NCBI GenBank assembly: GCA_045643205.1
Contig: JAZUKI010000007.1
Span: 1-64,000, forward strand
Source: Clostridia bacterium
GTDB lineage: Bacteria > Bacillota > Clostridia > TANB77 > CAG-508
Direction: 5' to 3'
Length of the DNA stretch: 64,000 nt
The translations under genes and the position numbers were made by a program. The notes under the pieces were generated by a model. That model ran no database searches. It was not told the DNA's origin and worked only from the letters and a program-made list of their open reading frames with translations. Shown here in pieces: positions 1 to 9,518 of this stretch (position 1 is its first letter; each line of letters opens with the position of its first letter).

Positions 1-123
1 GTTACTCACCAGTCCGCCACTAACCGCTTCCAAAAGTAAACTTATGGATTAAGTCCGTTCGACTTGCATGTCTTATGTGCGCCGCCAGCGTTTATCCTGA
101 GCCAGGATCGAACTCTCGAATTA
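1..123 (-). rRNA. rrs: 16S rRNA gene, 5' portion (continues beyond window start)
   Basis: Reverse complement reads AGAGTTCGATCCTGGCTCAGGATAAACGCTGGCGGCGCAC...CATGCAAGTCGAACGG...GTGGCGGACTGGTGAGTAAC, the conserved 16S 5' end; exact mature end approximate. Confidence 0.97.
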
Positions 124-270
124 AAAATATCTCATTTCCTACTATATAATATAGAAGGAAATAAAAAGTTCTTATTCAAATGAGTCTAGCTCATTAAATA
201 CTGTTATTGTTTTTTATTATGGTAGTACAATAAAACTACCGCAATATTTATTGGTTTCTCAAAAGATTCA

Positions 271-290
271 TTGTTTACTTTTCAATGTAC
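271..290 (-). promoter_or_regulatory. rRNA leader boxA-like / processing-stem element
   Basis: Minus strand GTACATTGAAAAGTAAACAA resembles the Firmicutes rrn leader boxA-like motif. Confidence 0.5.
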
Positions 291-358
291 TTTTTAGCTA
301 TATAAAAGCCTTTTAGAAAAAGGCTAAACTAAAATCCTGCTTGCGCGGGACAATTTGT

Positions 359-387
359 ATTATACAATGCAGTGTATTAAAAGTCAA
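359..387 (-). promoter_or_regulatory. sigma-A promoter of rRNA operon
   Basis: TTGACT-17 nt-TATAAT, with an A-rich UP-like tract upstream. Confidence 0.85.
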
Positions 388-515
388 CACATTTTTTAAA
401 TTTTTTTAAAATTTTTTTAACTTTTTTTCATATAGTTTTTTAATGTGTTTTTTTACCTTTTATAAGCCTTCTGAATGTAAGGTTACAAGCTTTTTAATAA
501 ATAGTAAAAACGCAT

Positions 516-549
516 AAAATAAGACGTGTTTTTTTACACGTCTTATTTT
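516..549. terminator. Intrinsic terminator hairpin downstream of the 600 aa ORF
   Basis: Inverted repeat aaaataagacgtgt / acacgtcttatttt. Confidence 0.75.
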
Positions 550-581
550 TATTTTTAATTTTTTATTTCTTCATCTAAGTT

Positions 582-2384
582 TTATTTAAATAATGGATCA
601 AGATTTATTCCTAAATCTGTTCCTTTCTTTATATATATTGAATTAATCTTTTTCTTTAATTCATTAATAAACTCTTTTATTTGTTTGTCATTTGAATTAT
701 TAACTATTATATGACTCGTATTATCCACAGAAAGTATTGTTCCTATTTCATCAGTAAAGTTAACTGTATCATTGTATTCAAGTGTTAAATTCTTTATTCC
801 ATTTTTCAAATTAATTGTTGCTTTATTTCTAATATTATTATCTTCAACAGTTCCTGTTTGATTTAGTTCGATTGTCAAACTAAATTCTTCACTCTTTGCT
901 GTTTTATCTTTTTTAATTTCATATGTGTATGTGTTTGATTTGTTTTTGCTCATTTTAAAAGAGTATTCATTTATTTTAAATATTGAAGTTTCTACATCAT
1001 CTTTATTTATATGATCGATAATAATTTTGCTATCTCCGAAACTAATATCTGTTCTAATATTTTTCATTCTATTCTCGTATACAACAATCTTTAGTTCTTT
1101 TGCTTTTGATGGATCTGCATGCAGACTATTAATTTCTTTTTGGAAGTATTCATTTAATTTATTTATATCTGTATATTCTTCTTCCATCCCTAGTAGTTTT
1201 GCTTTAGATGCAAAGTAATTAATTAGAATACTATCTTTGGTTATTTTTTCTAATACATCTGTATAAAGTGTAGCACTATCGTTAGAACCTAATGTTAAAG
1301 AATATGCATTAGTATCATAATCTGTTCCATCTATATTTAGTTTTACTTTTCCATCTTTGTTATACGCATTGTTAGGAACATTGTTTTTCATTATGTCTAA
1401 TATTTTATTAATATGATCTTTTTCTATATCTGTTGTTTCTACCAAATATTTTAAATTGATGTCTTTTATATAGTTAGGTACCTTACTTGTATCTTCAATT
1501 CCTGCACAATTTAAAATCTTTTTCATTTCACCATTCTTTATAAAGATATAGCTATTTGCTACATCTTTGCAGTAAAAGCCATAGTTATCTCCATCTTTAA
1601 GCAGATTAATCTCTTCTAATATTTCCATTCCGTTCATTACATTAATTAAAATTGCTGACTTTTCATTTTCATTATCAGTTCTTTCACCTATGCTGAATTT
1701 TAGTTTATCTAAAGCTTTTGAATCTGCAACATTTGATGATGAAATTATTTTTGCATTACCAACTCTCTTGTACTTTGATGTTATTTTCTTTTCATTGTAT
1801 TCATTATTAGATTCATTTTCTAATATCTTTGTAGCTTCAAACGTTTGATCAAAGTATTTAATAAACACTTCTCTCTTTGTTCTGAATATGTCTGTATTGA
1901 AATATAAAGCAACTCCCAAGCCAATAATTAATAATATAACAGCAAATATTATTTTTGTTTTAATGTCCTTTTTTAATTTTCTTTTTTTCTTTCCTGTTTT
2001 ATTAACTTTGCTTTTTAGTTTCTTAATATTTTTTGTGGTTTCTTTATTTAAATTTTGTTTTGCTTTTTCTTGGCTACTTACTTTTTCAACTTTTTGATTT
2101 CCATATCCATAATCTATTTCATCTTTATTTAAATTACTATAGTCTATTTCATTATTAGAAACTTGATTGTAATTACTATATTCTATTTCATCTTCGTTAG
2201 AAGCTTGATTATATTTTATTTCATCTTTATCAGAAACTTGATTATAGTTTATTTCATCTTTACTAGAAGCTTGATTGTAATTACTAATGTATGTATCACT
2301 AGTATCATAATAATCTAAATAACTCATATCGTAATTATCAAAATTATTAGATTCATTATTATTTTCATCTGGTTTAATACTCAT
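582..2384 (-). CDS. Hypothetical single-pass membrane protein with N-terminal Tyr/Asn/Asp-rich repeats
   Basis: 600 aa ORF; acidic repeats, Lys-rich stretch, TM helix IIFAVILLIIGLGVALYF, large extracellular domain. Confidence 0.8.
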   Translation of the reverse strand: MSIKPDENNNESNNFDNYDMSYLDYYDTSDTYISNYNQASSKDEINYNQVSDKDEIKYNQASNEDEIEYSNYNQVSNNEIDYSNLNKDEIDYGYGNQKVEKVSSQEKAKQNLNKETTKNIKKLKSKVNKTGKKKRKLKKDIKTKIIFAVILLIIGLGVALYFNTDIFRTKREVFIKYFDQTFEATKILENESNNEYNEKKITSKYKRVGNAKIISSSNVADSKALDKLKFSIGERTDNENEKSAILINVMNGMEILEEINLLKDGDNYGFYCKDVANSYIFIKNGEMKKILNCAGIEDTSKVPNYIKDINLKYLVETTDIEKDHINKILDIMKNNVPNNAYNKDGKVKLNIDGTDYDTNAYSLTLGSNDSATLYTDVLEKITKDSILINYFASKAKLLGMEEEYTDINKLNEYFQKEINSLHADPSKAKELKIVVYENRMKNIRTDISFGDSKIIIDHINKDDVETSIFKINEYSFKMSKNKSNTYTYEIKKDKTAKSEEFSLTIELNQTGTVEDNNIRNKATINLKNGIKNLTLEYNDTVNFTDEIGTILSVDNTSHIIVNNSNDKQIKEFINELKKKINSIYIKKGTDLGINLDPLFK

Positions 2385-2395
2385 TACATTCTTCC

Positions 2396-3145
2396 TTATT
2401 TATTTTTTCTTTGGTTCATTACTTCATACATAACAATTGACGCTGACACTGATGCGTTAAGTGAATTTATTTTTCCTGCCATTGGAATTCTAACTAAGAA
2501 ATCGCAGTTTTCTTTAACTAATCTGCTCATTCCAAATCCTTCACTTCCAACAACAATTCCTACACCTGAATCATATTTTATTTCATTGTAATTTGATGTT
2601 CCATCCATGTCTGTACCATAAATCCAAACACCATTTTCTTGTAGTTCTTTAATTGTGTCATTTAAATTTGTAACTCTTGCAACTTTTACATATTCAACTG
2701 CACCTGCTGATGTTTTATTAACTGTTGCATTGACTGCCGCCGATCTTCTTTTTGGAATAATTACTCCATGAGCTCCAACACATTCTGCAGTTCTTATTAT
2801 TGATCCTAAGTTATGTGGATCTTCTATTCCATCGCAAATGATTACAAATGGTTTTTCATTTTTACTTTTTGCTAATTCAAGAATTTCTTCAACACTTGAA
2901 TAATTGTAAGGAGGCACAATAGCAATTACACCTTGATGATTATGTGTCTCTGACATTTGGTCAAGTTTATTTTTATCTATCTCGCTAATAACTATTTTCT
3001 TTTCTTTTGCTTTTGCAATAATTTTTATTATTGCACCATGTTTTTCACCACTTTGAACATAAAGTTTATTTATGTCGTTGTCTGATTCTAATAGCTCTAA
3101 TACGCTATTTCTTCCTTCTACTTGGTCACTAATTTCATTTTCCAT
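2396..3145 (-). CDS. rlmB: 23S rRNA (G2251-2'-O)-methyltransferase, SPOUT family
   Basis: EGRNSV, HQGV, DGIEDPHNLGSIIRTA, GSEGFG, SLNASV motifs. Confidence 0.93.
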   Translation of the reverse strand: MENEISDQVEGRNSVLELLESDNDINKLYVQSGEKHGAIIKIIAKAKEKKIVISEIDKNKLDQMSETHNHQGVIAIVPPYNYSSVEEILELAKSKNEKPFVIICDGIEDPHNLGSIIRTAECVGAHGVIIPKRRSAAVNATVNKTSAGAVEYVKVARVTNLNDTIKELQENGVWIYGTDMDGTSNYNEIKYDSGVGIVVGSEGFGMSRLVKENCDFLVRIPMAGKINSLNASVSASIVMYEVMNQRKNK

Positions 3146-3166
3146 AATTAGCTATTGCATATACCT

Positions 3167-3323
3167 TTCTTTTTTATTTATTCTTTTTATTTATTCTTTT
3201 TATTTATTCTTTTTATTTTTTCTTTTTATTTGTCTGTCTCTTTTATTATTTGTCATTTTGTCTGTCTTTTTATTATTTGTCATTTATTATTTTATTATTT
3301 TATTATTTTATTATTTTATTATT
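3167..3323. repeat. Intergenic nested tandem repeats (13 bp x~5, ~27 bp x2, 8 bp x5)
   Basis: ttctttttattta units; tgtctgtc..ttattatttgtcatt twice; (ttattatt)5 at 3284-3323. Confidence 0.8.
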
Positions 3324-3325
3324 TT

Positions 3326-5140
3326 CTATTTATTTTCTGTATCTGCCTTTAAAACATTTAGGAAAGCTTCTTGTGGAATTGCTACGTTTCCAAATTCACG
3401 CATTCTTTTCTTTCCACGTTTTTGTTTTTCTAATAGTTTCTTTTTACGTGTAATATCTCCACCATAGCACTTTGCTAAAACATCTTTGCGCAATGCTGAA
3501 ATTGTTTCTCTTGCAATTATTGTTCCTCCAACTGCTGCTTGAATTGGAACTGCAAATTGTTGACGTGGAATTTCATCTTTTAATCTTTCTACTAAAGTTT
3601 TTCCTCTGTTGTATGCATTGTCTTTGAAAACAATAAATGATAATGCATCAACGTATTCTCCATTTACTTTAATGTCTAATTTTATTAATTCTGATTCTTT
3701 ATATTCTTTTAATGTGTAATCAAGAGATGCATAGCCTCTTGTTTTTGATTTTAATGTATCAAAGAAATCATAAATAATTTCGTTTAATGGTATTTCATAT
3801 TTTATTGTTACTCTGTTTGCATCTAGATATTTCATATCTATATAAATGCCACGTCTTTGTTGACAAAGGTCCATAACGTTCCCTACATATTCTTTTGGTG
3901 CCATTATATTTGCGTCAACGTATGGTTCTTCAATATGTTTAATATCTGTAGCATCAGGTAGGTCTGATGGATTATAAATATTTTCAACTGTTCCATCTGT
4001 TTTAAAAACTTTATAAATAACCGATGGTGCTGTTGTAATTAAGCTTAAGTCAAACTCTCTATCTAGTCTTTCTTCTATAACTTCTAGATGCAATAATCCT
4101 AAGAATCCACATCTAAATCCTGAACCTAGTGCTGATGATGTTTCAGGTTCAAATTCAAGTGCTGCATCATTTAGTTGTAATTTTTCTAATGCTATTTTTA
4201 GATTTTCATAATCTGCGCCATCCATTGGATATAGTCCACAATAAACCATTGGATTTACTTTCTTATATCCTGGTAAAGCTTGATCAACTGGATCACTATC
4301 ATCTGTAATTGTATCACCTACATGAATATCTTGAAGGCTTTTAATTGAAGCTGCAATATATCCAACTTCGCCTGCTTGTAATTCACTACATGGTTTGTAT
4401 CCACCTGGTGTGAAGTATCCTACTTCAGTTACTGTATAATGATCGTTGTTAGACATAAGTCTTATTTCTGTTCCTACTTTTACAGTTCCTTCTTTAACTT
4501 TTACATAGGCTAAAGCCCCTTTATAATCATTGTATATACTATCAAATATTAAAGCTTGAAGTTTTCCATTTTCATCTCCAATAGGAGCTGGAATTTCAGT
4601 AACTATTTTTTCTAGAACATCTTCACAGTTTAATCCTGTTTTTGCACTAATACATGGAGCATCATCTGCTGGCAATCCTATGATGTCTTCTATTTCTTTT
4701 TTTACTTCATCTGGACGTGCACTTGGTAAATCAACTTTATTTATTACTGGTACAACTTCCAAATTATTATCTAAAGCTAGATAAACATTTGCTAATGTTT
4801 GTGCTTCAACTCCTTGTGTACTATCGACAACAAGAATAGCTCCTTCACAAGCTGCCAAGCTACGAGAAACTTCATAGTTAAAGTCAACGTGTCCTGGGGT
4901 ATCTATTAAATTAAGTTCGTATACTTTACCATCTTTTGCTTTGTAGTTCATTCTAACTGCTTGAGATTTAATTGTTATTCCTCTTTCTTTTTCAATGTCC
5001 ATGTTATCTAAGACTTGTTCTGTCATAACACGTTTTTCAAGAGTACCTGTCATCTCAATTAATCTATCAGACAAAGTTGTTTTGCCGTGATCAATATGTG
5101 CAATTATGCTAAAGTTTCTAATTAGACTTTTATCTTTCAT
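3326..5140 (-). CDS. lepA: Translation elongation factor 4
   Basis: [47 protein letters not shown]. Confidence 0.98.
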   Translation of the reverse strand: MKDKSLIRNFSIIAHIDHGKTTLSDRLIEMTGTLEKRVMTEQVLDNMDIEKERGITIKSQAVRMNYKAKDGKVYELNLIDTPGHVDFNYEVSRSLAACEGAILVVDSTQGVEAQTLANVYLALDNNLEVVPVINKVDLPSARPDEVKKEIEDIIGLPADDAPCISAKTGLNCEDVLEKIVTEIPAPIGDENGKLQALIFDSIYNDYKGALAYVKVKEGTVKVGTEIRLMSNNDHYTVTEVGYFTPGGYKPCSELQAGEVGYIAASIKSLQDIHVGDTITDDSDPVDQALPGYKKVNPMVYCGLYPMDGADYENLKIALEKLQLNDAALEFEPETSSALGSGFRCGFLGLLHLEVIEERLDREFDLSLITTAPSVIYKVFKTDGTVENIYNPSDLPDATDIKHIEEPYVDANIMAPKEYVGNVMDLCQQRRGIYIDMKYLDANRVTIKYEIPLNEIIYDFFDTLKSKTRGYASLDYTLKEYKESELIKLDIKVNGEYVDALSFIVFKDNAYNRGKTLVERLKDEIPRQQFAVPIQAAVGGTIIARETISALRKDVLAKCYGGDITRKKKLLEKQKRGKKRMREFGNVAIPQEAFLNVLKADTENK

Positions 5141-5172
5141 GAAGCTCCTTTTTATTTTGTTTATTGTTTAAA

Positions 5173-7551
5173 CTATTTGCTTTCTTTAGCTACATTAGAA
5201 TATTTTTGAAGTTGTTTGTATGCTAAATAATTTATCGTTCCTGGTACATCAATATTTCCTGCAGGAACACCTGTTAAAATTTCAATTCCTTCTTCGATTG
5301 TTGATACTGCATAGATATGGAATTTGTTTTCTTTAACAGCTTCTATTATTTCTTCATCAAGGTTTAGATTTCTAACATTCTTTGCAGGAATCATTACTCC
5401 TTGATTTCCTGTAAGTCCTCTTTCTTTACATATTGCAAAGAAACCTTCTATTTTTTCATTTACACCACCAATTACTTGGATTTCTCCTTTTTGGTTAACT
5501 GAACCTGTTACTGCAATTGATTGATTAATTGGTATGTTTGATAATGCTGATAGGATTGCATAAAGTTCTGTACTTGATGCAGAATCACCATCTATTTCTG
5601 AATATAATTGTTCGAAACAAATACTAGCATTTAGTGATAAAATCATTTCTTGCGCAAATTTTTGTCCTAAATATCCTTGCATAATTAATGCGCCTTTTTG
5701 TTGTGTTGGGCCTGCAAGATCTGCTTCTCTTTCAATATTTATAATTCCTTGTTTTCCGCAATATGTGTTAGCTGTGATTCTAACTGGTTTTCCAAAACTA
5801 TATTCACCAATAGTCATAACACTTAGTCCATTTATTTGGCCTACTTTTGCACCATCAGTGTCTATCATTAAATCACCGTTAGCAATCATTTCATTATATT
5901 TTTCATCGTACTTAATTGTACGTTTTTTTCTTTCAACTAAAGCTTTTCTAATATGTACATCGGTTACTACATCTGCGCCATCTTGTTGTGCCCAGTTTGC
6001 AGCTTCAGCAATAACTTGTGTCATATCTCCAAATTGTGTTGAAAGTTTTGTTTGATCTTCTGCAATTCTACTTGCGTATTCAGCAAGTCTTGCACAAGCT
6101 TTTCTATCTAGATGTGGTATATCATTATCTGCACAGTAGCTGTGAATGAATCTTGCAAAGTCTGTTAAGTTTTTATTATCAACAGGTGCAAAATCTTCAA
6201 ACTCTACTTTTATTTTAAATAATTTTTTGAATTCTTCATCAACTGATAATAATGTTTGATAAACATTTTCATCACCTATTAAAATTACTTTTAAATTTAA
6301 TGGAATAGCTTCTGGTTTTAGTGAAACTAATACCATTGATGATTGCTTTTGTTCTAATGAATTGTCTATGCTGATTTCATGATTTCTTAAAACTCTTTTT
6401 AAGTTTTCATAGCAAACTGGATTAGACATTAAATCGTTTGCTTGTAAAACTAAATATCCTCCGTTAGCTTTTTGAAGAAGTCCTGGTCTTAACATTGTAT
6501 GATCTGTTTTTAACATACCATAATAGTTTTCATATTCTAGTCTTCCAAATAAGTTGTTGAAAGAATAGTTTGAATCCATTATTGCTGGTGCACCTTCAAT
6601 GTTGCTGTTATCAACAAAAACATTTACACGATAGTTGTCCCATGGTTTAATTTCTAATGCTTTTGGTTGACCATTATTTTCTGCATTTTCTTTTTTATCT
6701 TCATCAGTAAAAGCATCTATATTTTTTATAATGTCATTTTTTAGGCCTTCTAAAAACTTTTTGATTTTATTGTTTCTTTTGAATTCGACTTTTAAATCTG
6801 ACATTTTGTTGTCGATTGTAATTACTGCTATGCTAGATTTCCATTCATTGATTTCATTTTCTGATAAACTTTCAATTTCTTTTATGCTAGCAATTGCTTC
6901 CATAATTAATTCTTGAACTATTTCTGATTTTTTCTCATAGTCTTCTTTAATCTTTGGATCAAGTTGATCAAATTCTTCTTCTTTTATTGCTACTCCATTA
7001 ACCATTGGCATCATAAAGATTCCATTGTCTGATGATTTTACTTCAAAATTATAACGAGCACTCTTTTTATTTAAATCATTGATTAATTTATTTTTTTGAT
7101 TTTGATATTTTTGAGATATTTGTTTCTTTTGTTTCTCAACATTATCTGTTTTGAATGTAGATTTTAATTCTCTTCTAATATCTCTAATGAAGTTCTCCAT
7201 CATATCTTTGAATTTGTTTCCTTCACCAGCAGTTAAGTTTACTGCAACTGGTTCATTAGGATTATCAAAGTTATATATATAGCACCAATCGTTTGGAGTT
7301 TTTCTCTTTTTAGAAATCTTATCCAAATAATTTTTTGTATATGTTGTTTTTCCACTTCCTGTTGGTCCTTCTAGATAAAGATTATATCCTCTTGTATCAA
7401 TTGATAAACCAAACTCAAGTGAACTTATTCCTCTTTCTTGTCCTACCCCTTTATAGTTACTTTGTAAATCTTTTGTTGTAGTAAAATTAAATGAACTAGG
7501 ATCACAAGAATATTTCAATTTTTCATATGGTACTTCTTTAGTATTTCTCAT
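5173..7551 (-). CDS. Lon-like protease, LonC-type (AAA-like domain plus Lon_C protease domain)
   Basis: GQERG, Walker A GPTGSGKT, ANGGYLVL with degenerate Walker B, catalytic DGDSAS and GGVNEKIEGF. Confidence 0.88.
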   Translation of the reverse strand: MRNTKEVPYEKLKYSCDPSSFNFTTTKDLQSNYKGVGQERGISSLEFGLSIDTRGYNLYLEGPTGSGKTTYTKNYLDKISKKRKTPNDWCYIYNFDNPNEPVAVNLTAGEGNKFKDMMENFIRDIRRELKSTFKTDNVEKQKKQISQKYQNQKNKLINDLNKKSARYNFEVKSSDNGIFMMPMVNGVAIKEEEFDQLDPKIKEDYEKKSEIVQELIMEAIASIKEIESLSENEINEWKSSIAVITIDNKMSDLKVEFKRNNKIKKFLEGLKNDIIKNIDAFTDEDKKENAENNGQPKALEIKPWDNYRVNVFVDNSNIEGAPAIMDSNYSFNNLFGRLEYENYYGMLKTDHTMLRPGLLQKANGGYLVLQANDLMSNPVCYENLKRVLRNHEISIDNSLEQKQSSMVLVSLKPEAIPLNLKVILIGDENVYQTLLSVDEEFKKLFKIKVEFEDFAPVDNKNLTDFARFIHSYCADNDIPHLDRKACARLAEYASRIAEDQTKLSTQFGDMTQVIAEAANWAQQDGADVVTDVHIRKALVERKKRTIKYDEKYNEMIANGDLMIDTDGAKVGQINGLSVMTIGEYSFGKPVRITANTYCGKQGIINIEREADLAGPTQQKGALIMQGYLGQKFAQEMILSLNASICFEQLYSEIDGDSASSTELYAILSALSNIPINQSIAVTGSVNQKGEIQVIGGVNEKIEGFFAICKERGLTGNQGVMIPAKNVRNLNLDEEIIEAVKENKFHIYAVSTIEEGIEILTGVPAGNIDVPGTINYLAYKQLQKYSNVAKESK

Positions 7552-7633
7552 TTTATATCTCCCAAAAAAATATTTTTTGCGTTTTGCTTATGTGTTTTAT
7601 AATGCATTTATTTTTGTGTTTTGCTTGTGTGTT

Positions 7634-8788
7634 TTATAATGACATTAATATTGCATCATCATGATTTTTATAATAATTTTCACGTCTACCTACTGGTCTA
7701 AAACCAAATTCACTATATAAGTTTTTAGCAATTATATTGTGTTCTCCAACTTCTAAATTAATTTTTGTTATATCTGCATTTTTTCTAATGATGTAACTTA
7801 ATAAGTTTGAGCCGATTCCTTGTTGACGTTTGTCTGCTCTAGTAACTATATTTACAATTTCAATTTCATCGAATACATGCTTGATAGCAATGAATCCAAC
7901 TATATCTTCGTTTTGTCTTGCTATTAGGAACTCTGAATAATTTGTTTCTCTATCATCTATGAATTCTTTAACTTCCCATAGATTTGGAAATAATTTATAG
8001 TTTATGATTATCCATTCATAATCACTTTGTGTCATTCTGTTTATTCTAATTGCATCATCTTTTAGTCCAATTAGATTTCTTTCAGCTTGTGGCTTTCTTA
8101 AATACATTGGTGAAAGTGTATTTGAATCTCCTTTAATTCCAAGTCTGAATTTGTTTTGTGCAGCGAATGCAATAGCCTCTGCCATTGTTTCACTTGGTTT
8201 TACATATTTATAATCTTTTACTTCTTTTCCTTGTGCATGTTCTCCACTTCTTTCAGCAATCAAGAAAGTTTCAATTCTTTCTATATCAACATCTCCAACA
8301 ACATATAATTTTTCTTGGAAATTAATATATTGAGGTATCTCTGATATATTTGTTACTTCTGGATTCTTGAAAACAGTTAAGTTTCCATTATGCATTCTAT
8401 ATACTGCAAAGTATGCATTGTCATTTCTGGCATCTATCATTGATAATATTTTACAATCTTCAACACCGCTCTCCATCATAACTGTGTATGCTTGTGCTTC
8501 TAATGAATTTATTCCTATTGCTGGTGTTCCCTTTGTATCGTTAAAAGCTTTAATTGTTGCTAGACCAATTCTTATACCTGTAAATGATCCAGGTCCAATT
8601 CCACATGCTAACATATCTAAATCATCTAGTGTTAATTTAGAATCTTCAAGTGTTTTCTTAACTAATGGCATTAATGCTGTTGAATGTTCGCGCATGTCAT
8701 TGTCGTGATTTTCACTTAATATTTGTTTTCCATCTATTACAGCAACTGAGCAGATTGCTGAAGATGTATCAATCGCTAATACTTTCAT
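7634..8788 (-). CDS. tsaB: TsaB fused to RimI-like GNAT acetyltransferase
   Basis: N-term LAIDTS, GPGSFTGIRIG, DAR, PMYLR; C-term NIVT..KRQQGIG, LEV..N..A..LY..FGF..G.R.NYY...DA. Confidence 0.9.
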   Translation of the reverse strand: MKVLAIDTSSAICSVAVIDGKQILSENHDNDMREHSTALMPLVKKTLEDSKLTLDDLDMLACGIGPGSFTGIRIGLATIKAFNDTKGTPAIGINSLEAQAYTVMMESGVEDCKILSMIDARNDNAYFAVYRMHNGNLTVFKNPEVTNISEIPQYINFQEKLYVVGDVDIERIETFLIAERSGEHAQGKEVKDYKYVKPSETMAEAIAFAAQNKFRLGIKGDSNTLSPMYLRKPQAERNLIGLKDDAIRINRMTQSDYEWIIINYKLFPNLWEVKEFIDDRETNYSEFLIARQNEDIVGFIAIKHVFDEIEIVNIVTRADKRQQGIGSNLLSYIIRKNADITKINLEVGEHNIIAKNLYSEFGFRPVGRRENYYKNHDDAILMSL

Positions 8789-8899
8789 GTGTCTCCTTTC
8801 CAGTCTTTAATGATTACTTTCTAAATTTTTATAAATATTTATTATTTGAATTTTAACTATTTGAAATTTCATAGTTTGATAATTTTATAATTCTGAAAT

Positions 8900-9358
8900 T
8901 TATAATTTTAAAAAATCGTCTTCATTAAATCTTGTTCCAAATTCTTCAATTTGTAATCTTCTGTCTGTTTCATAATTATCGCCTTTTAAGATTGTAATTC
9001 TCATATAATCTTTAGGAAGTATTCCTTCAATCATGTCTCCCCATTCTATAAGGTTAATTCCTTTAGGAAAGTATTCTTCGCCACCTATATTTTCGAATTC
9101 AATAGTGTTTTTTAAACGATATAAATCAAAGTGATTTATTTTTACTTTGTCATTTCTATATTCGTTTACTATTGTAAAAGTAGGACTAGATATTTCATCT
9201 TGTAAGCCATAATATGTAAGTATTCCTTCTACAAGCTTAGTTTTTCCAGCTCCAAGTTCTCCTGTTAAGATTACAATATCACCTGTCTTTAGTATGCTTG
9301 CTAACTTTTGTCCAAAAGCTTTTGTTTCTTCTTCTGAATGACAAATAATTTCTTGCAT
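8900..9358 (-). CDS. tsaE: t6A biosynthesis ATPase TsaE
   Basis: GELGAGKT, SSPTFTIVNEY, HFDLYRL, IEW; start moved to MQEII at 9358 behind GGAGAG RBS. Confidence 0.93.
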   Translation of the reverse strand: MQEIICHSEEETKAFGQKLASILKTGDIVILTGELGAGKTKLVEGILTYYGLQDEISSPTFTIVNEYRNDKVKINHFDLYRLKNTIEFENIGGEEYFPKGINLIEWGDMIEGILPKDYMRITILKGDNYETDRRLQIEEFGTRFNEDDFLKL

Positions 9359-9518
9359 ATTACTACTCTCCTTTCCTTTTAAAAATTGCCATAATTCCAA
9401 CATAATTATATTATAAAATGCCCTTTTATTCAATAAAAAAAGGTAAAAAAATAATAAGCGTTATAATTCTTCAATTTCAATTATAACGCCTATTATACGC
9501 TACTTACTATTAGTAAAT

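Noticed and set aside
3072-3467. Hydrophobic plus-strand ORFs (131, 65, 67 aa)
   Set aside because: Products of T-rich low-complexity repeats antisense to lepA/rlmB; no RBS
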